A DNA stretch of 32,000 nt from Erwinia phage vB_EamM_Asesino. Location: the sequence record KX397364.2. One strand, 5' to 3'. Of the stretch, positions 23,078-30,881 are shown piece after piece. A program made the translations under genes and the position numbers. Each line of letters begins with the position of its first letter. Position 1 is the stretch's first letter. The notes beneath the pieces were generated by a model. It saw only the letters and a program-made list of their open reading frames with translations, was not told where the DNA came from and did no database searches.

Positions 23078-23563
23078 ATGACCACTAAAGTAACCTCTAT
23101 CAAAGAACTGTCTGCCCTGATCGACGCTATCGAAGGTCCGACCGTTGTACTGAACGAAGACCTGTCTCTGAAAGCTGAGCCGCTGCAGAAGCTCTACGAA
23201 GAGACGTTGCCGACCACCAAAATCAACGATCTGGAATATCGCTTCACGCTGGAAGATGCTAACGCATTGCGCCAGCACGATGCGAACTTCCTCGAAGTGT
23301 ACGGCGGTATCGCCAGTGGTGTTATCGTTGACCGCGCGAAGGCGGACAAAGACGTTGCTGCGCTGGACCTGAAACTGGATATCGGTAACGCCAGCTTCTC
23401 GACTGTCTTCGCTCGCCCGACCGGTGATGAGCCGACCAAGAAAGAATGGGAAGCCTCTATCGGCTTCGGCTACGGCGCACCGAAGTCTAAAGCGCTGGAA
23501 GGCAAACTGCGTAAAAGCTTTGCGGCTGCCATGATGGCGGGCGATGAGGAAGACGAAGAGTAA
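23078..23563 (+). CDS. hypothetical protein (161 aa) with acidic C-terminal tail
   Basis: ATG lies 7 nt after GAAGGA. Codon choice is very strongly biased (CTG, CGT, GGT, TCT, AAA, GAA), like the sheath gene. The C-terminus is 'MMAGDEEDEE'. No family recognised. Confidence 0.85.
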   Translation: MTTKVTSIKELSALIDAIEGPTVVLNEDLSLKAEPLQKLYEETLPTTKINDLEYRFTLEDANALRQHDANFLEVYGGIASGVIVDRAKADKDVAALDLKLDIGNASFSTVFARPTGDEPTKKEWEASIGFGYGAPKSKALEGKLRKSFAAAMMAGDEEDEE

Positions 23564-23769
23564 TGTTCGACTTCTCCCCGAAACAGCTCGCAGAGTCTCT
23601 CGGGGGTAAAGTAACATGTCACCCTAACGTGAATCCTGCTACGGGTTTGCGTTGGGACAACACAGTTGCTCCTCCCGATGAGGTTGGGATTACGATTAGC
23701 TTCCCACGACAGATGCCGCCGCCGAAACCTCTCGAAGGTATTGCTGCGCTCTATCGTCGGAAGCGGTAA
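23563..23769 (+). CDS. hypothetical small protein (68 aa)
   Basis: Its ATG shares one nucleotide with the upstream TAA (TAATG at 23561-23565). A terminator follows directly. Calling it coding rests on coupling and position only. Confidence 0.6.
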   Translation: MFDFSPKQLAESLGGKVTCHPNVNPATGLRWDNTVAPPDEVGITISFPRQMPPPKPLEGIAALYRRKR

Positions 23770-23774
23770 CAAAT

Positions 23775-23805
23775 AGAGGCGGTCTTATGACTGCCTCTTT
23801 TTTTT
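23775..23805 (+). terminator. strong intrinsic terminator
   Basis: AGAGGCGGTC (23775-23784), loop TTAT, GACTGCCTCT (23789-23798): 10 bp including one G.U pair. The last stem T runs straight into seven more T residues. Confidence 0.85.
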
Positions 23806-23821
23806 GATCCTGGAGTAAACA

Positions 23822-24409
23822 ATGAGAGATGAAACACTGTTCTCGGGCCATGTGCTGAACCATACGTCAGAAGCTCCCGAGAATACTGTCATGCGAAGCG
23901 CGATGAATCGTGATGAAATCATCCAGCGCCTTAATCAGATTGGCGACGTCTTCACCTTGTCCCTGCGCCAGGTGGTAGATGAAACCGCTTTTGAACATAC
24001 CGCGGGTTTTGCCGCAGAGATGATTCCCCACACCGTCAACGGTTACCAACGTTTTCTCGACGACATCACCAAGTCCTCAGCAGGGCGTGTGATTGCCGGG
24101 TTTATCATCCGCTTCAAACAGCTGCTGTTGATTGAATTCGGTGACTACGTTATCGGTTGTCTGGAGCGTGAGCTGGTGACACTGCAGCCCGGTGACATTG
24201 TTACTGCTGAAAAGGGTGCTGGGCCAAACGAAACCACGCTGTGGAAAATTGCTCATCCGGACAGTCCTGACCTGGCACCACCGGCAGAATATGATTTGCT
24301 GTCTTCTTTCCTGCTGCTGATGCAGATGAAGAACCTTATCATCCGTGCAGGGGCCGCAATGCAAATGCGTGAAGATGAAAAAGATAACACGAAAGGACAG
24401 AAAAAATAA
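23822..24409 (+). CDS. hypothetical protein (195 aa)
   Basis: ATG follows 'CTGGAGTAAACA'. The C-terminus is Lys-rich ('EDEKDNTKGQKK'). It is followed by a bidirectional terminator. No family recognised. Internal Met24/Met28 are alternative starts. Confidence 0.75.
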   Translation: MRDETLFSGHVLNHTSEAPENTVMRSAMNRDEIIQRLNQIGDVFTLSLRQVVDETAFEHTAGFAAEMIPHTVNGYQRFLDDITKSSAGRVIAGFIIRFKQLLLIEFGDYVIGCLERELVTLQPGDIVTAEKGAGPNETTLWKIAHPDSPDLAPPAEYDLLSSFLLLMQMKNLIIRAGAAMQMREDEKDNTKGQKK

Positions 24410-24415
24410 AACGTA

Positions 24416-24455
24416 CCTCACTCCCGTAAAGGAGTGAGGCGCGCTTCTTTTTTTT
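24416..24455. terminator. bidirectional intrinsic terminator between convergent genes
   Basis: CCTCACTCC (24416-24424), loop CGTAAA, GGAGTGAGG (24431-24439), then 'CGCGCTTCTTTTTTTT' on the + strand. It sits between the + stop at 24409 and the minus stop at 24458. Confidence 0.8.
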
Positions 24456-24457
24456 GC

Positions 24458-25336
24458 TTAGCCGCGGAGCTGCTGAGCCATCTGCTCGTCAGAAACAGAA
24501 CGGTAGCCACCCGGAGTCGCATCGACATCAGGGTTAATGCCATCAGTCTGCTGAGACGGAGTCAGCCACAGTTTACGCTCGTAAGGGCGCAGACCGTACA
24601 GCTTCATGCGTTCCAGTTCCTTCGCCGCTGCCTGCATCGGGCCCCAACCTGTCCATTGCTGGGAGGTGAAGGTGATAGACAGTTCGTTGGTCTGAGGACC
24701 GGTGTTCGGGTCACGCTCACCGATATCCTGACCAGAAGTTTCTGGAGCCATGTTGGTCAACCACCAGGCGTTCTGCGGTTTGCGGTTGTACGCATCCGGT
24801 TCGAAGTACAGCACGGTCATGCTGTACATGTCTGGCAGGTGATCCGGCACGTTCGGGTTGATAGCGGCCAGACCAGGGTGACCAGTCTGGGGATCGCACA
24901 CACCGTACACGAGCCATGCCCACAGCATGTTCTGGTACACCTTACCGAGTTTATCCGGCGTGGTGTGTGTAACAGAAGACAGCGCTTCCGTTACCAGGCC
25001 AGCTTCATACTGGACGCGGTTGTTACGACCCTGTTGGGTCTGCACATACTCAGCGCTCAGGGTTTTGTCCAAACCGGTAATCGTGGTGTGAACCTCGATA
25101 AACGATTTGATTGCCTGACGCCACAGCTGCGGGTTCGGCATGTAATCCACCCAACGAGGGAATTCCATGACGCGCGCGATGACGTTACGGCGCAGACGGC
25201 TGGCGTTCGTAACGAACTTACCAACCTGTCCAACCGGGCCGTTTTGGCCCGAGGAGAACGGGTTGACCATGTCGTACGTACCACCGTCGACATGCAGCCC
25301 CTGATCAGGAAGGATCATACGATCTTTGATAGACAT
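24458..25336 (-). CDS. probable tail tube protein (292 aa)
   Basis: It starts 3 nt after the stop of the upstream 680-aa ORF, with GGGAGAG as SD inside that ORF's end. Codon bias is extreme. At about 32 kDa and directly downstream of the sheath candidate, it matches the phiKZ gp29/gp30 arrangement as I recall it. No motif-level proof. Confidence 0.5.
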   Translation of the reverse strand: MSIKDRMILPDQGLHVDGGTYDMVNPFSSGQNGPVGQVGKFVTNASRLRRNVIARVMEFPRWVDYMPNPQLWRQAIKSFIEVHTTITGLDKTLSAEYVQTQQGRNNRVQYEAGLVTEALSSVTHTTPDKLGKVYQNMLWAWLVYGVCDPQTGHPGLAAINPNVPDHLPDMYSMTVLYFEPDAYNRKPQNAWWLTNMAPETSGQDIGERDPNTGPQTNELSITFTSQQWTGWGPMQAAAKELERMKLYGLRPYERKLWLTPSQQTDGINPDVDATPGGYRSVSDEQMAQQLRG

Positions 25337-25339
25337 CTA

Positions 25340-27382
25340 TTAGCTCTCCCGACGGTAGACTTTGATAGTGGTGTTGAACTGAGTCAGCAACACACCGCCG
25401 GTCGCATTCAGATCCAGCGTGACGGAATAACCGTTCGCTTTGTCATCAGCCGTGAAGTACGCGCTTGGGGTCACGTCCGCAATGCCATCGAGGCGGTTTT
25501 CCAACCGTTCGGTGACTTTGTTTTCGATCATTTTAGCACGTTCGCTGTCCGTCATGCGGTTTTCACCAGACATGTCTGCCCACACACCATCAGACACACG
25601 GTAAACGTAGGTCATGATGAAGTTGAACAGTGCGTTGTTCAGCACGGAGCGGTCTTCGCTGTAGATGGACTGAATCGCCGGAATGAACAGACGATAGTAG
25701 TCACGGCTACGGGCAGTGATGAGCGACACATCCCAGTCGGACGCATACACTTCATTGCCTTTCCACGGCATACTCAGATCGTACAGATCTTCGATGATCG
25801 TCTCTTCACCGCGGCTAAAGCGGTATGCAGGGTTCGCACGACCTTCGCCAGCACCGAGATACTTCGAGAAGAAGCTTGCGATGCTGTAGTTCATCGGAAC
25901 CGGCTTCTTGTAAGAAGAGTTACGGATGAACGCAGTCTGACCGGTCACCATACCACGCGCAGCCGGGGTACCGTAGTAGGCACTTTCCGGAACGGAGGTG
26001 ATGAGTTCGATCAGCGCGACTTTGGCACCCTCTTCGGTTTGCAGGTCATTACGGCCCTGGTCGAAGACGTGGGTACACAGCGTCAGGAAGGTGTTACGCG
26101 ACTTGCCGATGAAGTTCACACACGCTTCTTTGGTGTCGAACGAGAAGCCCGAGTCCCAGAAGCAGCCGAGTGAATATTTCAGTTCGTTGTCGTAACGGAC
26201 TTTTCCGTCTTCGGGGAACAGCAGCATTTCACGACGAACGAGTTCATCGTAAACGGTGTCACCCATGGTACCATCGCTACCACCTTGCAGGTAGTGGATG
26301 TTAGACCCGGAGAAGACCATCTTGCCGGTTTCGGTAGCAGGGTTAACCTGCAGGCCGTCATACGGCTGACCGATCAGGTCAAGGCCGCCGAAGATGTCGA
26401 CCATGTACGGGTCGGCAATCGTGACGTTTTGGACAGCAGCTTGCGCCAGGCCCAGAACAGTTTCGAGGTTCTCACGGTAGATATAGAACTCTTCGAACGG
26501 ACCGTAGTCTGGCAGCCCACCGACATCCGGCATCGTCTTGCGATAGCCATCAGGAATGATGGTTTCGAAGTCGAGCTGGGTGCGCATCGGCAGATAGTAT
26601 GCATCAGGCTTAAAGCTGAAGTTCATGCTGCTGAGACCGTTGATGGTTTTCCAGACCACCGGTGACGTCACACCTTCCAGGGTTTCGAACCACTGGAGTT
26701 GGTACATGCGACCACCGACAGTATTCTGGTACGAGGAAGCCATCGTTGGATTGGACTTCTCGTTCAGTGGAACCATCTTGAAGCCAAAGCCGTTTACGTC
26801 AGCGCCCGCGTACGGACCCTGGACATCAAACAGCGGGTAAAGCTTGGATTTGGTACCGCCATCGCCGGTCATGGTGCCGTCGGTTACGAGACCACCCTTG
26901 AGAGGGGGAGTCGTACTATCGATGACAACAGAACGGAACACGATGACGATACCGTCAACCTGCTCTTTGACTTTGGGCTTGCCAGTCGCATCGTACTGGA
27001 TAACCCCATTTACGCGTTCGTACGCCGGAACTTTCGTTTCGAGCACGTCAGCAAACACACGGATAGCTGCAGTTTTCGCATCATCCGGAACCAGACGCTG
27101 ATACATACACTCGTTGCCGTTGGCGTTGAACATCGCCTGGTAAGGCGTGTTGAACGTCGCGTACGGGCCGCGCAGGTCAAAGATACTACGACCAAGCAGA
27201 GACAGTGCATTATCCCCGGTTAACGGGAACGCCTCGTTGTCTACCCCGCGCGCGGCAAAGGTGAAGATCAGCGGCTTATGAATCGGATCACCCGTAGGGG
27301 TCCGTACAAGCGCGGCGACGGAGTTATCCTGCCAGCCTTGCTTGTTATTCAACGGCGCGCCGTTTCGTGGAATAAAAGTCAT
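25340..27382 (-). CDS. probable contractile tail sheath protein (680 aa)
   Basis: ATG is preceded by GGAGA 6 nt upstream. The size is close to the phiKZ-type sheath (about 700 aa), codon usage suggests very high expression, and it is followed by the tube-sized gene. The assignment rests on size and synteny; a major capsid protein is the alternative. Confidence 0.55.
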   Translation of the reverse strand: MTFIPRNGAPLNNKQGWQDNSVAALVRTPTGDPIHKPLIFTFAARGVDNEAFPLTGDNALSLLGRSIFDLRGPYATFNTPYQAMFNANGNECMYQRLVPDDAKTAAIRVFADVLETKVPAYERVNGVIQYDATGKPKVKEQVDGIVIVFRSVVIDSTTPPLKGGLVTDGTMTGDGGTKSKLYPLFDVQGPYAGADVNGFGFKMVPLNEKSNPTMASSYQNTVGGRMYQLQWFETLEGVTSPVVWKTINGLSSMNFSFKPDAYYLPMRTQLDFETIIPDGYRKTMPDVGGLPDYGPFEEFYIYRENLETVLGLAQAAVQNVTIADPYMVDIFGGLDLIGQPYDGLQVNPATETGKMVFSGSNIHYLQGGSDGTMGDTVYDELVRREMLLFPEDGKVRYDNELKYSLGCFWDSGFSFDTKEACVNFIGKSRNTFLTLCTHVFDQGRNDLQTEEGAKVALIELITSVPESAYYGTPAARGMVTGQTAFIRNSSYKKPVPMNYSIASFFSKYLGAGEGRANPAYRFSRGEETIIEDLYDLSMPWKGNEVYASDWDVSLITARSRDYYRLFIPAIQSIYSEDRSVLNNALFNFIMTYVYRVSDGVWADMSGENRMTDSERAKMIENKVTERLENRLDGIADVTPSAYFTADDKANGYSVTLDLNATGGVLLTQFNTTIKVYRRES

Positions 27383-27440
27383 GGAACGTCTCCATAATTC
27401 GTCTTAAAAGACCTGTGGGTCATACTAAGGTATCAATCTC
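27383..27440. promoter_or_regulatory. divergent intergenic region (58 bp) between the sheath gene and the + strand tail block
   Basis: This is the only non-coding DNA available for promoters of both divergent units. It contains both SD elements and a short inverted repeat, GTCTT-AA-AAGAC (27401-27412). No recognisable sigma70 consensus. Confidence 0.3.
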
Positions 27441-28349
27441 ATGGCACTCGAAAACGCTTACAGCGGCAATCCCTTTAACAGCATTGACCTGACAGGCATC
27501 AAAGCTGGGCTGGAATTGGCCCGTTCCCTTAATCAAACCAGAGCGCAGTCTGACGAAGTTCACTACGTTATTGAAACTGCCGATGTAAAATCGTTTCCAC
27601 TGCCGATTGTGATCGGCGACGATGTGTACGTAGACGCACGCACGTTTACCACGCTGGACAAATCCGGCGAGCTAAAAATTCGTAACCTGACTGAGCACGC
27701 ACTGCGACTCGACCAGGCACGTTGGGAATTAGTGTGGAAACGGAATGGTGGAAAGCTGGGTGCACTGATGTCCCAGATGTATTATCACCATGAGATTTTC
27801 AGTAAGTGGGTAGTCGATGCTATCGACCACGCAAATTCACTCGCTCCATATCAAAGCGCACAAGTCAAAGCACTGGCCGCACTTTTCTCCGTTGGACAGT
27901 TCTACAACAACTTCGAAGACGAAGTCAAAGCGCTGCGTATGCAGCAGATGTTGGAGAACGAACTGGGGATTGCTGCGGAAGTTTTTGAATCTGTGACCGG
28001 ACATACTGATTACTTATTCCCCCGCAACATCACCGAATTCGTCGAGATGGTGAAAGCGGCGGACATCAGTTCTCGTCTGAAAGATCTCAGTGTAGTCAGC
28101 CTGCAAGGGATGCTCTCCGCCAGTTTCGGTCCGATGGTCAGTTACGATCGTCAGTTGACCACCTGCGCTATCGAGTACCCGCCTGCGCTGTTCTGCATGA
28201 CCAAAGCGTGTCTGGACAATAACATCTTTAACCGTTTCCGTTTCGGGGGCGTAGTGAAGAAATCCAACGCAGCGAAGAAACGCGACAAGTTCGAAACGTC
28301 CTTCAACGTGTTGATGAACCAGTACACAAAACCCCTGAACATTAAGTAA
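27441..28349 (+). CDS. hypothetical protein (302 aa), probably tail-associated by context
   Basis: ATG 27441 with a weak SD (TAAGG 10 nt upstream). The composition looks protein-like. The next gene starts 10 nt after its stop. Confidence 0.8.
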   Translation: MALENAYSGNPFNSIDLTGIKAGLELARSLNQTRAQSDEVHYVIETADVKSFPLPIVIGDDVYVDARTFTTLDKSGELKIRNLTEHALRLDQARWELVWKRNGGKLGALMSQMYYHHEIFSKWVVDAIDHANSLAPYQSAQVKALAALFSVGQFYNNFEDEVKALRMQQMLENELGIAAEVFESVTGHTDYLFPRNITEFVEMVKAADISSRLKDLSVVSLQGMLSASFGPMVSYDRQLTTCAIEYPPALFCMTKACLDNNIFNRFRFGGVVKKSNAAKKRDKFETSFNVLMNQYTKPLNIK

Positions 28350-28359
28350 GAGGCCCACT

Positions 28360-30879
28360 ATGGAGAACTGGCTGGTCGCCCACGCGGTGAAAAACGCGTG
28401 GCAGCGTCCCTACCTCGATGGGGTGTTAAACATAGCACCCCTCCGACTCTCTCCGCAAACCGGGGCGATCGGCTTTTTCAAATACGGTCGGCAGGCTATC
28501 CCTCTTCCGAAAGAGGGTAGTTGGTGGCACGCGTTTGCGATTGATAAGTTACACGTTAACCGCGGTAACTTAGCGATACCGGTGGAGCGCTGGAAGAAAC
28601 TGTCTACCTGCATGAACGGGTTCAGTACCTGGATGCAGGTTTACAACGAAGACGGGACAATTGTTCCGGCGGACTCCGTGTATTTCTGGCGTACGGTGGC
28701 AGGGCAGATTTTCATGGCTATCCCGCAAACCGATCGCTACAAGTGGTTAGACACTGAACCGTGTTATCTGCGTATCTACGCCGGGTACGACGGTGGCGAG
28801 AATGCCCCGGTGATTAAGAAAACTTTCACCGAGTATTACGCCCCGCCTAACCCACAACAGATTCAGGTGGTACTCGATCGCTATAACCTGTTGCGGGCAC
28901 AAAACATTGGCTACGTTGACCTGTGGGTGAACGGTAAGTTAATTGTGAACCCAACCACGGCAAGCATGAAGTCCTGGGACGATGTGGATATCCGGGTTGA
29001 TGGGCGTGCACGACGGGTTATCGATTACCGCTGCGGTGACTTACCGACCTTCTACTCCGAGTTGGATAAAACCCGTAAATACCTCCTGCACATTCCGAAG
29101 CGCGATACACAGTGGGTGTTTAATGACGATTGCGAAATCCAGTTGCTGTGGAAAGGCGAGGGGCGTTATTACCACCGGCACCGGATGCAATCGGTTCGTC
29201 AGCTCACCTGGAACGACCTGGCCATCCCGACCGAGCGCATCTCGAAATACCGTAATGCGTTCAGCACCCCACTCAACGATATCGACGAACTTACCATCCG
29301 GGTAATCATTCGTGACGACTATCTTGACCTGGCACCGCTGTACAATTCGTCTCACACCCATGACCTCTATCGGTTGTCTGACGAACTGATTATCGATGCG
29401 ATGGTCGGGGCGAATGCCAATGTCACGGAGTGGCAGGCTGCGAACCTGGAGCAATCCGCTGCGAACCAGTTGGCGGCGGCTAAGCTTCGGAACATCACTC
29501 GCGACCTGTGCACCGATGCCTACGGTTATAATGCGGTGAGCCGTTATGCAGCAGATACCCCGCAACGTTTAACGCCGAAGGCTAACGGTACCTGGCAAGC
29601 AGTGTTGCCTGATCATCTGGCTGCGCTCTCGACTGTGTACGAGTATGACGCCGATGGGGTGTTGTTGGGTAAACACGCGAACAAAGGTTACGACGTTTAC
29701 ATCGCCCGCGATCCCGATGCCCGGATTATCGAAGCGATTGCCTCTGAGTCATCGGACGCAGTGCACATCGTTGATAACGCACCTGACTTTGAAATTGCCG
29801 AAGGTGAAAATGTTAACTTGTGGATACGCATGTTGAAAAACGAAGTGCCCACGGATAACTACTACCAGGCTGTGGAAGGGGAAGATTATCAGCGTACCGA
29901 TAATCAGATTACCTGGACGGTTGACCGGACACGTCGCCACCCTACAGTGATTTACGACGACAAACATTTGTTCTTCGAAGTGGATGTCAAAGTTAGCGAA
30001 GGGCAGATTCGTGTACCGATCGTCGCACGCAATCAGGATGACCAGCAGCGCACTTTGTGGATTCCGATGGAGTCGACAGAAGCGTGGCTGAACGGCCACC
30101 CCCTGGTGCAGACCATTGATTTCGTGGGGATTTGGCCTGAGGTCGTGGTAACTTGTAAGTCGTGGATGAGTGACGGCGACACTAACCGGGTAGCGATCCG
30201 CTGTCGGGGCGTGACCGGAACAATGCGCATTCCGAAGTGTGGATTTGTGTCAAGCGGCTTATTGTCGAACAACAGCCAGTATGACTGTCGTGACGATAAA
30301 GTCATCCGTGTCATCGGCGGGGGTTCGCTGTTATTACGTGATGAAGTGGTGTTCCGTGAGGACAATGCGGTAGGTACGGATTTGGTGGCGGACGGTTTCC
30401 CGTATTCCGTAGCCGACCCGACAATACCTCTGCGTACGCTTATCAGCGGCGATTTGTATACGCTGCGTGATAAGGCGCGTGATTTGGACGAGCGTGTTGA
30501 GGCTTACCTCACCAACTGGTTCCCAACGCCGCCCCCGGTTAACCCGGTACCACTTCCAGGGCGGTATCATCTGTACTCCCCGACCCTGAACAAAATCCTC
30601 TGGGATTACCTCGGTGGAATTTTGATTCTGAAAGAGGACGACCCGGAATACCGTATCTCTACCACACAGCTGGACGAAGTCATGGAACGTTACAAAGACC
30701 TCCTGCCTTTTGACCCAGCATATATCGGTTACGACAAAGCGTTTGTGAAACTGCATCCGCATGTCAAGTACGAAGTGGTGGAAGTGAACGAGTTAGGCTT
30801 TGCTTTCTTGGATCGCGTAAATCAGCGCTATCTGAATGGCGAGGTGCAGCTTAACCAGTATCTGAAAATCAAAGGTTAA
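28360..30879 (+). CDS. hypothetical large protein (839 aa), probable tail/baseplate structural protein by context
   Basis: ATG lies 6 nt after AAGAGG. It is a long uninterrupted ORF in the operon next to the sheath/tube genes. No family recognised. Confidence 0.85.
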   Translation: MENWLVAHAVKNAWQRPYLDGVLNIAPLRLSPQTGAIGFFKYGRQAIPLPKEGSWWHAFAIDKLHVNRGNLAIPVERWKKLSTCMNGFSTWMQVYNEDGTIVPADSVYFWRTVAGQIFMAIPQTDRYKWLDTEPCYLRIYAGYDGGENAPVIKKTFTEYYAPPNPQQIQVVLDRYNLLRAQNIGYVDLWVNGKLIVNPTTASMKSWDDVDIRVDGRARRVIDYRCGDLPTFYSELDKTRKYLLHIPKRDTQWVFNDDCEIQLLWKGEGRYYHRHRMQSVRQLTWNDLAIPTERISKYRNAFSTPLNDIDELTIRVIIRDDYLDLAPLYNSSHTHDLYRLSDELIIDAMVGANANVTEWQAANLEQSAANQLAAAKLRNITRDLCTDAYGYNAVSRYAADTPQRLTPKANGTWQAVLPDHLAALSTVYEYDADGVLLGKHANKGYDVYIARDPDARIIEAIASESSDAVHIVDNAPDFEIAEGENVNLWIRMLKNEVPTDNYYQAVEGEDYQRTDNQITWTVDRTRRHPTVIYDDKHLFFEVDVKVSEGQIRVPIVARNQDDQQRTLWIPMESTEAWLNGHPLVQTIDFVGIWPEVVVTCKSWMSDGDTNRVAIRCRGVTGTMRIPKCGFVSSGLLSNNSQYDCRDDKVIRVIGGGSLLLRDEVVFREDNAVGTDLVADGFPYSVADPTIPLRTLISGDLYTLRDKARDLDERVEAYLTNWFPTPPPVNPVPLPGRYHLYSPTLNKILWDYLGGILILKEDDPEYRISTTQLDEVMERYKDLLPFDPAYIGYDKAFVKLHPHVKYEVVEVNELGFAFLDRVNQRYLNGEVQLNQYLKIKG

Positions 30880-30881
30880 TC

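Noticed and set aside
24434-26173. 579-aa + strand ORF overlapping the tube gene and the 3' part of the sheath gene
   Set aside because: It is in register with both minus-strand genes, which share a frame. Its start lies inside the terminator hairpin. The product is Arg/Val/His-rich. Same codon-bias explanation as above.
27401-27412. Inverted repeat GTCTT-AA-AAGAC in the sheath/tail divergent region as an operator
   Set aside because: It has only 5-bp arms with a 2-nt spacer, which is expected by chance in a 58-bp AT-rich region. It is too short for a stable hairpin. It is noted in the feature evidence but not promoted to a finding.
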